Of a stretch of DNA of 64,000 nt, positions 8,497 to 18,500 are shown piece after piece. The notes under the pieces were generated by a model that worked only from the letters and a program-made list of their open reading frames with translations, searched no databases and had not been told where the DNA came from. The translations under genes and the position numbers were made by a program. Origin of the DNA: Candidatus Undinarchaeales archaeon (GTDB taxonomy: Archaea; SpSt-1190; JASMDC01); contig JASMDC010000004.1 of the NCBI GenBank assembly GCA_030753015.1, positions 1-64,000 of the forward strand, read 5' to 3'. Numbering within the stretch: position 1 is the stretch's first letter; every line of letters begins with the position of its first letter.

Positions 8497-10032
8497 CTAC
8501 CATCCCATCTCGGCGGCAGGTCCCCCGGGCCGCTCCCGTATCCATCGTACGATCTCGCCCTTTGTATCGAAGAGCTCGTAGCCGCGGAACAGCAGGTGGG
8601 CGGGTGCCGAGACGTTCGGTGTGTGGGTGCGCAAGGCGGCCAGGAGCTCCTGACGCGAGCGCTCCTGTACCTCCTTCTTCCGGTCCCATGGCACCCCTCC
8701 CTCGTCGAAGTGGATGTGCGCGCGGTTCCCGTCCCACACGACATCACGGTTCTCGATGATGGCCTCGATGCCGAACTCCTCGGGATGCTGCATGATGACC
8801 GACGCACGGTAGGGGATGAACACCAGCACGTTGTAGTTGTCCATTGCATGCGCGTGGGCGCGGACGAAATTCTCGGTGAGGGCGATGTCCTCCTCGGTCT
8901 CGGAGACGAATCCGGCGATTATGTTGACCAGGTTCCAGATCCCTGCATCGTGCGAGGCCTCCAGCACCGCGCCAGCATCGTCGACGGTGAATCCCTTGCG
9001 CATGAGCTTGAGGAGGCGGGGGCTGCCCGTCTCCACGCCGTACGTGAACCGCACGCATCCCGAGGCGCGGAGCCGGTCCAGGAGCGAACGGTCCAGGCCG
9101 GTCGGCCGGGCCGAGTCCATCCATAGGAAGTCGAGCCCCTCCTGCACGACCGCGTCACACCAGTCACGCACGTATCGCTTCGAGATGTTGAAGGTGTTGT
9201 CCAGGAAGAGGAAGTGGCGGGAGCCGTAGGTATCAGAGAGCCGTGCGAGCTCAGAGACCACCTTGTCCATGCTCTTGGCCCGGAGCCCGTCGAGGTTGTA
9301 CGAGTAGTAGTTGCAGAACGTACACTGGCTGGGACAGCCCTTGACCAGCTGGTAGGGCAGAGGAAGCACGGCGGCCCCGTCCACGTCCAGAGCGTACACG
9401 TCCATGGGAAGGCCGCTGAAGTCGGGTGCGGGGACCTCTTCGATGGGGAGATGGGCGCGGTCGTTGAGCCGGACTGCGCCGTCCGCGTCCCGGTACACGA
9501 GCCCCGGTACATCTTCCACGGAACGCGTCCCCTCCAGGTGCTCCAGGAGCCCCATCATGGATATCTCGGCCTCGTCCATGACCACATAATCGACGTATGG
9601 CGCCGCGGCCAGCGTCTCCTCACCGACGTTGGGCCCGCCCAGCATCATCGTGGCACCGGTCGTTCCCTTGAGATGTCGGGCGAGGCAGAGGGCTGGCAGC
9701 ACCTGGTCCGGCTCCATCACGGACAGTCCGATTAGGTCGGCGCCGCGGACGTCCACCTTGCGCGCCATGCGCTCGACCAGGGTGTCCAGGTAGGGGTCGG
9801 GGCGACCGTCGAGGTAGGGCAGCACCCGACCGCGGTCGCCGAGCAGGAGTAGGTTTACGTGAAGAGTTCGTGCAAGCGTCCGGTTGTCCCGCCACACGAG
9901 CGCGTCCACGTCGTCCTGGTCCACCGCGACACCGTTGGCGCGGAGGAACGCGGCCAATGTCGCCTGCCCCAGTGGGAGGGTCCGCGGATGGGTCCCGCCA
10001 TCGGTCGGGGCGAAGAGCAGGTGTACCTTCAT
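8497..10032 (-). CDS. B12-binding-domain radical SAM protein
   Basis: LPLGQATLAAFL, MLGGP, KGCPSQCTFC, YGVETGS; real start MKVHLL at 10032 (the ORF-track extension is antisense to the epimerase). Confidence 0.88.
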   Translation of the reverse strand: MKVHLLFAPTDGGTHPRTLPLGQATLAAFLRANGVAVDQDDVDALVWRDNRTLARTLHVNLLLLGDRGRVLPYLDGRPDPYLDTLVERMARKVDVRGADLIGLSVMEPDQVLPALCLARHLKGTTGATMMLGGPNVGEETLAAAPYVDYVVMDEAEISMMGLLEHLEGTRSVEDVPGLVYRDADGAVRLNDRAHLPIEEVPAPDFSGLPMDVYALDVDGAAVLPLPYQLVKGCPSQCTFCNYYSYNLDGLRAKSMDKVVSELARLSDTYGSRHFLFLDNTFNISKRYVRDWCDAVVQEGLDFLWMDSARPTGLDRSLLDRLRASGCVRFTYGVETGSPRLLKLMRKGFTVDDAGAVLEASHDAGIWNLVNIIAGFVSETEEDIALTENFVRAHAHAMDNYNVLVFIPYRASVIMQHPEEFGIEAIIENRDVVWDGNRAHIHFDEGGVPWDRKKEVQERSRQELLAALRTHTPNVSAPAHLLFRGYELFDTKGEIVRWIRERPGGPAAEMGW

Positions 10033-10089
10033 CCCGGGGAGCAGGAGGCGTTCTAGGTTATTTATACTTTGAGTCGCTTGCCCCGTTCC

Positions 10090-11055
10090 ATGCTGCTCAA
10101 GGACATCGATGTGTGCGTCACCGGCGGTGCGGGGTTCATCGGCTCGTCCATGACCGATGCCTTGCTGGAGCTTGGATGCGGTGTCACCGTCATCGATGAC
10201 CTCTCGGCAAGCGACATGACCCGGCTCGCAAAAGCGAAGTGGCACGAGACCTTCAGGTTCGTGAAAGGGGACGTGCGCAAGCCCGATGACCTGGACAGGG
10301 CGCTCCCCGGATGCAAGGCAGTGGTCCATCTGGCAGCAAATCCCGAAGTGCGCGGTACGGCGACCGAGGTCCACCTCGAGCAGAACGTCCTGGCCACCCA
10401 CACGCTGCTGGAGGGGATGCGCCGCAACGACGTGCCCTTCATCCTGTTCGCGTCCACGTCCACGGTGTACGGGGAGGCCGACCAGGTCCCCACTCCAGAG
10501 GACTACGGCCCGTGCAATCCCATCTCGTTCTACGGCGCCTCGAAGCTCGCGTGCGAGGCCATGATCTCCTCCTACTGCCACCTCTACGGCCTGCGAGCCG
10601 TCTCCATGCGCCTGGCGAACGTCGTGGGACCGCGCTCGGGCCACGGCGTGCTGTTCGACTTCGTGCGCAAGCTCCGCACCGATCCATCCCGCCTGGAGGT
10701 GCTGGGGGACGGCACCCAGACGAAATCGTACATCCATATCGACGACTGCGTGGGCGGGTTCGTCCTGGCAGCCCAGCGCACCGAGGCCGCGTACGACGTG
10801 TTCAACATGGGCTCGGACGACCGCGTCCCGGTAAAGCGGATCGCCGAGCTGGTCATCGAGGAGATGGGTGTTGACTTCAAGGACGCGCGCATCGAGTACA
10901 CCGGCGGCGTGGACGGTGGTCGGGGCTGGGCCGGCGACGTGAAGATCATGCAGCTGGGGTGCGACAAGCTCCAGAAGCTCGGCTGGAAGCCCGAGCACGG
11001 CTCGGAGGAGAGCCTGCGGATGACGCTGCGCGGGATACTGGGCAAGGAAGCGTAG
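10090..11055 (+). CDS. NAD-dependent epimerase/dehydratase (UDP-glucose 4-epimerase-like)
   Basis: TGGAGFIGS, HLAANP, ASTSTVYG, YGASK, GDGTQTKSY, GWAGDV. Confidence 0.92.
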   Translation: MLLKDIDVCVTGGAGFIGSSMTDALLELGCGVTVIDDLSASDMTRLAKAKWHETFRFVKGDVRKPDDLDRALPGCKAVVHLAANPEVRGTATEVHLEQNVLATHTLLEGMRRNDVPFILFASTSTVYGEADQVPTPEDYGPCNPISFYGASKLACEAMISSYCHLYGLRAVSMRLANVVGPRSGHGVLFDFVRKLRTDPSRLEVLGDGTQTKSYIHIDDCVGGFVLAAQRTEAAYDVFNMGSDDRVPVKRIAELVIEEMGVDFKDARIEYTGGVDGGRGWAGDVKIMQLGCDKLQKLGWKPEHGSEESLRMTLRGILGKEA

Positions 11056-11120
11056 CATCGTCCCGGCGAGGAGTAAGCCGGTATCGACCTCCCCCCGTTA
11101 GAGGGGAGAACAAGGGCGTT

Positions 11121-11231
11121 TTGGACGCCATCCACATTGCCGTGAACACGAACGCAGGTATCTTCTCGATTGTGTTGGACGATGCTTATTTCGATGGGAT
11201 CCAGGAGATCTATAGAGAGAGCGTTGATTAG
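11121..11231 (+). pseudogene. C-terminal fragment of a PIN (VapC-like) nuclease
   Basis: LDAIHIAV..NAGIFSIVLDDAYFDGIQEI resembles the PIN C-terminal consensus DA.H.A....GI..I.S.D.DF; no N-terminal half upstream. Confidence 0.55.
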
Positions 11232-11361
11232 GCATCGATCTCGAGAAGGTCGCACCCTTGTCGTGATACGGGAATGAAGCGCGGCTGTGCTTGTCATGCC
11301 CTGAGGACGTTAGGGTCGATACATCTCAGTGGATCCGGGACGGTATGGGCGCTCTGCTCTT

Positions 11362-11589
11362 TATCCGACGTCGTTGTCGGGTATCCTGCATCCGACCATT
11401 AGATCCATGCTGGTATGTCGGGTAATCCGCATACCGTGTCGGAAAAGGCGATGTTCGTGTCGGGTAAACACAACCTTGTCGAACGGAAAGCGACGGGCTT
11501 GATAGGTGATTCTTACGCCTTTTAGACGAGGGGGCGAAGTATACCCGACTACTTGAAAGAAACCAAGAGGCGAACGAATTGTTCGGGTA
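11362..11589. repeat. Phased array of TGTCGG(G/A)TA-like motifs
   Basis: TGTCGGGTA at 11375, 11416, 11458, TGTCGGAAA at 11437; inverted copies at 11362, 11389, 11542. Confidence 0.6.
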
Positions 11590-11620
11590 TAAGGAGTTAT
11601 TTACCATTCACGAACGGTGA

Positions 11621-12040
11621 TCAATTCTGTTCCTTCAGACGTGCAATAAGCGTCTCCGCTAGTTCGAGGAGTGCTCTTGCCTCCTCAACGGTAGCATGCT
11701 CGGCACGATAGACAAGATCATTACGGATTTGTCGGAATTTATCCAGCTTGACCGCTTCGCTGTTAGAGATGATCCCTTCTTCCAAATTGAATGAAATGAT
11801 CGCTTCGTGCGAGTATGGTTTGTAACCTGCCTTGGCCAAGTTTGCCTGAAGAACAGATCGTACACTTTCATAGACGTTCTTGAAGAAATACGAGGCTTTC
11901 TCATCAGATAGAGTAATCAGATTGATGGTAGTCTCGAGATCTTCTACTCCCGTCCTTATGAGACCCTTTGCTTCAGGGAGATCCGGAGCGACTCGTTTCA
12001 CTTTTTTCTGCTGTACATAGAACTTGAATGGACGTAACAT
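11621..12040 (-). CDS. HEPN-domain protein (toxin of MNT-HEPN pair)
   Basis: YESVR, GYKPYSHEA, FRQIRNDLVY (R-x4-Y variant of the HEPN motif); coupled to upstream MNT. Confidence 0.8.
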   Translation of the reverse strand: MLRPFKFYVQQKKVKRVAPDLPEAKGLIRTGVEDLETTINLITLSDEKASYFFKNVYESVRSVLQANLAKAGYKPYSHEAIISFNLEEGIISNSEAVKLDKFRQIRNDLVYRAEHATVEEARALLELAETLIARLKEQN

Positions 12041-12561
12041 TACACTACCTCCAATGAACCAGATAGAATGATCCCATTTGCTAAGGTATTCTTAAACTCG
12101 TTAGAGACATTACCGATATCGGTTATTCTTGTGAGACTGATCGTTCTTGCGAGTTCTTCCTCATATGTCTTTAGATCGGGCTCTTTCTCCCTTCCACATA
12201 TGACTGCAATATCAATATCGCTGTCTTCTTGATCATACCCCCGAGAATAGGATCCAAAAAGGACGAGGACATCTGGTCGTAATGTCGTTGACAGGTTATC
12301 CACAAGCCCAGAGGTGAATAATGATTCCAGGTTGCGCACTCGTTTCAATTGAATGACGCGGTCATTATCAAGCGATGCGCTCACAAATATCGCGTTCGTC
12401 GTCTTCCTTGTCTTGAGGAGCCCTTCTTCTTCCATTTTTTTTACATTTCGTGATACAGTGGCTACGGACACCCCGGTACCCCTCTCAAGCTCACGATACG
12501 CAAATTCTCTCGTGGGATACCTGCAAAGGAATGAGAATATTTTACCTGATGGTGATTCCAT
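12040..12561 (-). CDS. HTH-fused minimal nucleotidyltransferase (MNT antitoxin)
   Basis: N-terminal wHTH (RELERGTGVSVATVSR), LFGSYSRG..EDSDIDIAV. Confidence 0.88.
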   Translation of the reverse strand: MESPSGKIFSFLCRYPTREFAYRELERGTGVSVATVSRNVKKMEEEGLLKTRKTTNAIFVSASLDNDRVIQLKRVRNLESLFTSGLVDNLSTTLRPDVLVLFGSYSRGYDQEDSDIDIAVICGREKEPDLKTYEEELARTISLTRITDIGNVSNEFKNTLANGIILSGSLEVV

Positions 12562-12580
12562 AGTGTTTTATTTGTAATCA

Positions 12581-12617
12581 GTTGTTTAAATATGTAACGG
12601 TTGTTTAAATATTAAAC
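12581..12617. promoter_or_regulatory. Probable promoter/operator of the MNT-HEPN operon
   Basis: Direct repeat GTTGTTTAAATAT at 12581 and 12600 plus near-palindrome GTTTAA-ATA-TTAAAC, 20-55 nt upstream of the MNT ATG. Confidence 0.55.
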
Positions 12618-12755
12618 GGTGTGAACGGCACATAAACAGTGGGTTATGCGGCGTTCCTTTTCCCTCCAGATGACTGTAAGAGCCACATATAAGTTATCGC
12701 CCCTATAGCCCCAGATGACCTCCATTTGTGAGTCCGAATTAACCCGATCGGCCCG

Positions 12756-12783
12756 CACCACCATAATGCATATTATACGACGT
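12756..12783. other. dif/Xer-like tyrosine recombinase site
   Basis: CACCACCATAA-TGCATA-TTATACGACGT: 11-6-11 layout with ATAA/TTAT inner arms as in dif sites. Confidence 0.45.
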
Positions 12784-12863
12784 CATTTCAGGCGTCCAGG
12801 TTGTTGTATAATTCAAAATGATAAAGTAATCAGTTTGGAAAACTAACTGCTTACTATATCATA

Positions 12864-13268
12864 ATGAGACCCGAGCCCATAACCACAGGACCAATCCTCT
12901 CCTTCCTCCGCGTCAGCACCACCATCACCGCCATGGTCGACGCGAGCAGCAAAGGGCTCACTGCGAGCCAGCTCGCAGACGTCCTCGGCCACGACAACGT
13001 CCACCACCACCTCACCACGCCGGTAGAACAGGAAAGGCTTCAGCGCAAGGGCTCACGGAGGTCGGCCGTGTACCTTAGCAAGAACCCGAAGAAGAGAAAG
13101 GCACAGGAGCCGACGCCCCGAAAGCGCTCTGGGGCGCATCGAGCGAAAGCCGCGGACATTACCATCCAAAAGCTGCTCGCCGTCATCTGGCGTCACGACC
13201 TCACCGTTGACCTGGCGACAGCAGAAGTGGCTGCAGGGAAACTCTCCATCGAACGAAGACCGCACTGA
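12864..13268 (+). CDS. Hypothetical protein, possibly a decayed IS-associated HTH helper gene
   Basis: GLTASQLADVLG HTH-like segment, basic tail; lies at the edge of the lower-GC island. Confidence 0.35.
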   Translation: MRPEPITTGPILSFLRVSTTITAMVDASSKGLTASQLADVLGHDNVHHHLTTPVEQERLQRKGSRRSAVYLSKNPKKRKAQEPTPRKRSGAHRAKAADITIQKLLAVIWRHDLTVDLATAEVAAGKLSIERRPH

Positions 13269-13277
13269 CGTAACGGT

Positions 13278-15386
13278 CTACTTCTTCCCCTTGGAGCCCT
13301 TTTTCCTCCGCGTGATGCTGCTCTTCCCGCGAGGTCCCTTTCGCAGGGATGACGCGGGCTTCTCCTTGGCCTTCGCAGCAGGCTTCGGACCGGTCTTCCT
13401 TTCCATGGTCATGGTCGAGGCAGGCGATGCCACGGCAGGTTCGGTCCCATCCACTCCTTTGATTACCGTCACTTCCTTTTTCACTCCCCTTCCGAGGACC
13501 ACGAGGATGATGATGCCTACCACGAGGAACATGCTGAAGAAGACAAGGAACCCTGAGATGGACGGCCCGCGGTCCTGCTCCTGCCACTCCTCACTACCAC
13601 GTCCCGCGACGTCTTCCGTGTCCGCAATGTCCCCGCTGCCTCCGGTATCCAGGTCCGCCCTGCCCCTTAACGGTGCGGGAGTGGCCTGCTCCCACGGATT
13701 CGTCGGTTCCGGCCATGGGAGGTCCTCTACGCCGGGCGGCATCTCCGGCTCCTCGACATCGGTGTCGCCCCCCGACTCCTTCACCGGGATGAAATCTTCG
13801 ACAGGGGTATCCTCGGCCTGTTCTTCAGGAGGTGTGGCGATGCTGAGCGGGAGCTTGCCGGTGAGGCGGCGACGCGTGTCGTTCACGACGACGACGATGT
13901 CCCCGGCCCAGTTCTCACGGACCTCCAGCCCCATCAAGAGCGGCTCCTCGACGTCGCGCCCCTCCGCGATGATTACCTCGTGGCCGGTGGAATCGTACAC
14001 GCCCACGTCGACCTTTCCCTTCCCCCGGAAGCCGTCCTCGTCCATGAGCTCGACAACGAGGATGAGTCCGTCGCCCACCTTGATCGTGTCGAGCGTGCCA
14101 TCCGGGGAGCGGGCCGTCACCTTCACCTGTGTGACATTTGGTGGGAACTTCTCCTTGTCCAGGTGGACGGCCAGAGAGCTGATCGGGACACCCTTCAGCG
14201 ATAAGGTGCCCGTCACGGTCCAGTTTGTGAGCCGGCGCGGGGGATGGAGCTGGAAGCGCGTGAGGAGCACGCCCTCGCCGCTCGAGACCGTGACCGGGGA
14301 CGAGTCCTTCCACACGGGGCCCTCCTCGTCCTCGACATTGATTGCGAACTCGGCACCCTCCAGATCGGTCTGTCGGTCCGCGGGCGAGACGAACTCCACC
14401 GATATGTTCAGTTCCTGGTCCCGGTGCACAAGGGGCCGGTGCGGGGTTAAGCGCGCGATCCTGCCGCTATCTCCGACGACATCGATCCTGCTCCGATATA
14501 TGGAGAGAAGTCGTTCCCCGGCGAAGGCCTCGATGAGGATGGTGTAGGCAGTGATCCGGTCCGGTGAGAGGAACGTGCCGTTGATGAGCCGCATCTCACC
14601 GGGACCGATGGTCCCTACAAAATGGCTGACCACGCTCACCGGGAGGGACGGCGCAAGCGGATCGAGCCCCGAGACAGGCTCAGTGTCGTCCCAATCGTAG
14701 ATGCCAACATGTATTTTCACGTCATCCAGCGCGTCCGCGCCCTCGTTCAGGAAGGTCACGTTGAAAGGCTGCTCGCTCCCCGGATCGACACGGGGGCCGA
14801 CGGGGCCGATCTCGTGGGCGAAGTAGGTCTCGTTGCGCAGCATCCGCAGGCTCGTCCAGGGGCCTGGGTTCTCGACGATGAAGTGGGGGCAGTAGAAGTG
14901 AGGCTCACATGGGGTCAGGGATTGTGTGGGTGTGAAGTAGATGAAGGGGACGCCGGTGACCGGACTGTGGGTCGTCTTGAAATACCCGTCGAGCCGGTAG
15001 AGTCCGGGACGCGCCCAGACGGGGATCGGGACCGAGAAGCGCCGCTTCACAACGGTATTCGGCCACACGTGGATACCCCGCTCCACCTGCTCGAAGATGA
15101 CGTTGTCCCAGGAGTCCTGTGAGTACGGCTCGGGTACGTCAGGTCCATCGACCAGCTGGAAGGCTATGTACCCGTCCACGATGGGCGACTCGAACGCCTG
15201 GATCTCCACCTCGATAATGAGGCCCTCCCCCGCAATATAGCGGTACCTATCGAGACGTAGCTCCATGGCGCCCGACGTGAACGTGGGCAGGAGCGCGGTT
15301 GCCTGCTGGGACACGAGGAGCATCGCTAGGACGATGATGCTGGCCGCCATGGCCTGTCGGTCCGAGCGTTCCTTCCCGCGATACAT
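13278..15386 (-). CDS. Membrane-anchored cell-surface protein with Ig/CARDB-like beta domains
   Basis: Signal peptide, beta-rich body with N-x-S/T sequons, acidic Pro-rich linker, one TM helix, long Lys-rich cytoplasmic tail. Confidence 0.8.
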   Translation of the reverse strand: MYRGKERSDRQAMAASIIVLAMLLVSQQATALLPTFTSGAMELRLDRYRYIAGEGLIIEVEIQAFESPIVDGYIAFQLVDGPDVPEPYSQDSWDNVIFEQVERGIHVWPNTVVKRRFSVPIPVWARPGLYRLDGYFKTTHSPVTGVPFIYFTPTQSLTPCEPHFYCPHFIVENPGPWTSLRMLRNETYFAHEIGPVGPRVDPGSEQPFNVTFLNEGADALDDVKIHVGIYDWDDTEPVSGLDPLAPSLPVSVVSHFVGTIGPGEMRLINGTFLSPDRITAYTILIEAFAGERLLSIYRSRIDVVGDSGRIARLTPHRPLVHRDQELNISVEFVSPADRQTDLEGAEFAINVEDEEGPVWKDSSPVTVSSGEGVLLTRFQLHPPRRLTNWTVTGTLSLKGVPISSLAVHLDKEKFPPNVTQVKVTARSPDGTLDTIKVGDGLILVVELMDEDGFRGKGKVDVGVYDSTGHEVIIAEGRDVEEPLLMGLEVRENWAGDIVVVVNDTRRRLTGKLPLSIATPPEEQAEDTPVEDFIPVKESGGDTDVEEPEMPPGVEDLPWPEPTNPWEQATPAPLRGRADLDTGGSGDIADTEDVAGRGSEEWQEQDRGPSISGFLVFFSMFLVVGIIILVVLGRGVKKEVTVIKGVDGTEPAVASPASTMTMERKTGPKPAAKAKEKPASSLRKGPRGKSSITRRKKGSKGKK

Positions 15387-15576
15387 GGGGATCCGTGCTC
15401 CACTGGTGCTAATGCTGGTAATATTATTAATTCTCACTTAATCCATCTATCCGGACCGTCTTTTTTGAGTATTTAAAGTGTATGTGTCGTATATATTCGT
15501 ATTTACTCGTATATATCAGTATTGCCATAGGTTATAATGGCTGGGATGCTTTAGCACTATTAGGGGAGCGTCGGGA

Positions 15577-18500
15577 ATGACTTATAATCGCCGCTACAGT
15601 AGGTCTATTGCCTACTTGATCATAACAATCGTCATCTTAGCCACGCTTGGTGTCTCCAAGCCCAAGCTGAAGGTCAAGATAACGGACGCAGAGTCGGGTC
15701 TGCGGATCCCTCAAGCGTATACTCCGCACCCGGGCGACGTCATCTCCGTCAAGGTGCAGGGCAAGCGCGAGCGGGTGCGCGATTCCATCATCACGTTCAG
15801 CCAGGACGACCTCGTCATTCGCAAGAACGCCGATGAGTGGGGGACCGCGACCTTCACCATCCCGCAGGGCGCCATCGGCGAGTTCACCGTGTTCGCGACG
15901 CTCATGGACATGGAGTCCGAGCCTGTCACCTTCCCCGTCCAGAACGACCTGGGCATCGAGCTCGTCACAAGGCCGTGGCGGACCACGGACGCGTGCGAGG
16001 GGACCGAGCTCGCTGTGCGCGTGAGGGACGAGAGCGGGAATACCATCCCCGCGGCCACTGTATGGTTCGGTGAGGATTTCGAGCTCACCGGGCTCGACGG
16101 CATCGCACGACACCAGCTCCCCGAAGGGACCGCGAACCCCCTCCTTATCCGTGCGCTGAAGGCGCAGTACGAGGAAGGACAGCTCTAGGTGTCCGTCGGC
16201 ACGAGGAGGATCCAGAACGTCGTGGTACACCCTCAGAAGAGCGATGATCCACGTAAGCCCTGGAAGTACGGGACCGTATGCAGGGGCGGCGAGATCATGG
16301 TCAAGATCAACACCGAGTGCTTCCCCGAGGACGAGCTCTTTGAAGTGTTCGTCGAGGACATCTTCATAGGCTTCTGCGCCCCCGAGGGCTCCGAGCGCTA
16401 CTCTCTTTGGGAGGATCGGAACGGCAACGGCAAGCAGGATCCCGGTGAGATCGTCCAGTACTGCAACCTCGCCCTCCCTCTCTCCGTCGGCCCCGGCCAG
16501 CATGGTGTGAGCGTGTTCTACAAGAACGAGACCGTGGGCGAGGGCGATATCGTTATCCCCCCGGGCGAGGTTCCCGAAATCGACTGGAAATGCGGGGAGG
16601 ACCCTGACACGACGACGGGCGATCTTCCGAACGAGTGCTGGTTCTTCGTCTCATCCTCGTGCGTCGCGAACCGCTGCTACCACAGCTGGGGACGCAACTC
16701 GGGCGGCGAGGTATTCTCCACCATCATAAGGACGCTCGCCGACGACCTCCCCTGGGAACCGGGGATCCAGGTGTGCCCCGGCAGGCCCGTGTTCACCGCC
16801 CGGTTCGGGGGCATGGACCTGCGCTGCAGCAACGGGGTGTACCGTAGGAACCGGGGTCGTGCTCCGGTGTACGCGCGGATCATGAACTGCCCCCTGGGTC
16901 ATTGTGGCGATGACCCGTTGCGCACGCCGGGCGAGATCGTATCCATGGATCAGACCAACTCCATATGCAGACTGTACGTGACGGGGATGGGCTGGGTCCA
17001 GGGTATAGGTTTGAAAGCGGAGCTCAAGCAGAAGACCCGTTCCAGCACATGCTGGTTCGGTTGGGGGCACAACGCCCAGGACATGTCGGTGAGGGCTCCG
17101 GGCGACCCGGGCGAGTACAAGCTCTTCTTCGATGCCGTGACCCGCATCTGCGACAATCCCCGGGTGACGTCCGGAAGGCGCTATTGGGCATGTCCTGACT
17201 GCAAGGGCGAGAACGCGCCCGCCAGCTGCGCCCAGGATGCCTCGTGCATGTATAGAGGTCGCTGGGTGAGAAAGAGGGCGTGGGGTTCCGATGGCTGGCA
17301 GATCGCTGCAGGTGAGCCCAAGGTGTTCGAGGTGATCTCGCCGAGGCTCTTTATCCTCCAGTACCCGCAAGATCCGCTGTGCCCCGGTGCCGCCATCGAG
17401 CCTGTGGTCTACCACGCCATGTGCATCGATCCGACGACCGAAGCGGACCTCATGGAGTGGGATCCTGAGAGCGGCACATCGAGGGCCATACCGCTGGGCG
17501 AGTGCGGTGCAGAGGGTGAAGACGATCCCTTGGCCGGGAGCGTCGTCGTGGCCAACCTGACGTGCCAAGGCCTCACTGTCCCCGAGGACCTGGACTTCAT
17601 CGGCGGCAGGACCTATGAGCTCGCCCTCCGCACGACCAGTGGTGACAACATCTACGAGGACCGCCGCGTGCTACAGATCTCAGGGAAGAGCCTGAGCGTG
17701 CCCTCCATCGATTCACCGGTGTGCACGAACGACACCATGCGCATCCCCTTCGTCGCACAATGCACCTCTCGGCCCTCGGGATTCTTCTTCGGGGAGGACG
17801 AGGTCGCTGGTGACTGCTCGCCGTGCGCGGAGCCGGGCGTGACCTGCCGTTCCAACTGCACGGTGACCGTCCCGGACGAGGTCGATGAGGGCTGGCACCG
17901 GTTCACCGTGACGAACGATGCCGGCGAGAACACGACAGCGTTCGTCGAGCTGTGGAAGCCCGGATCGCTCAACCTCAATGAGATCTATCTTACCACGAGC
18001 AAGTGCAAGAAGTGCCGGACCCTTATCCTCGAGGTGGAGAATCCGGGGCCCGGTGAGGTCCCCCTCATGGGTCTCAGCGACCAGGCGGAGAGGTACATAG
18101 TGCCCCAGCTACCCAAGTGCAAGGTCACGGCCGACTCCGATAATCCCACCTCGGTCGATCCGGGAAGCTCGGCGAACCTCACGTTCAAGATCAAATGCAA
18201 CGTGCCCATGAAGCAGACCATATCGATACACTTCAACGTCACTGTGTTCTACTCCGACAAGTGCGGATGCAGCCAGCTCGTCGAGGGCGGACGTCAGTAC
18301 GTGGACAAGTACTGCAAGGCCACCGACTCCTGGGACATAGTAATAACCTACAAAGGCACGGGGGCGAAGTGCAAGCGCAAGGACGCTAAGAACGGGTACT
18401 GCGAGCTCGACGACCCGCGCACATCCGACAATGAGGAAGGTGTATGCCTCCCGCTGAGCGGCAGCGGGGACGCCCCGTGCATCGGCTCACTCTGCGGCTC

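Noticed and set aside
10033-11058. N-terminal 341 aa of the 853-aa ORF 8497..11058
   Set aside because: Antisense shadow of the epimerase; radical SAM homology starts at MKVHLL.
11362-11589. CRISPR array
   Set aside because: The repeat is only ~9 bp with ~12-nt gaps and occurs in both orientations; no cas genes.
13207-14547. 446-aa + strand ORF and similar long shadow ORFs (e.g. 19809..20975, 47379..48608)
   Set aside because: Antisense or alternate frames of well-supported genes, as expected in GC-rich DNA; Ser/Arg/Pro-biased with no motifs.
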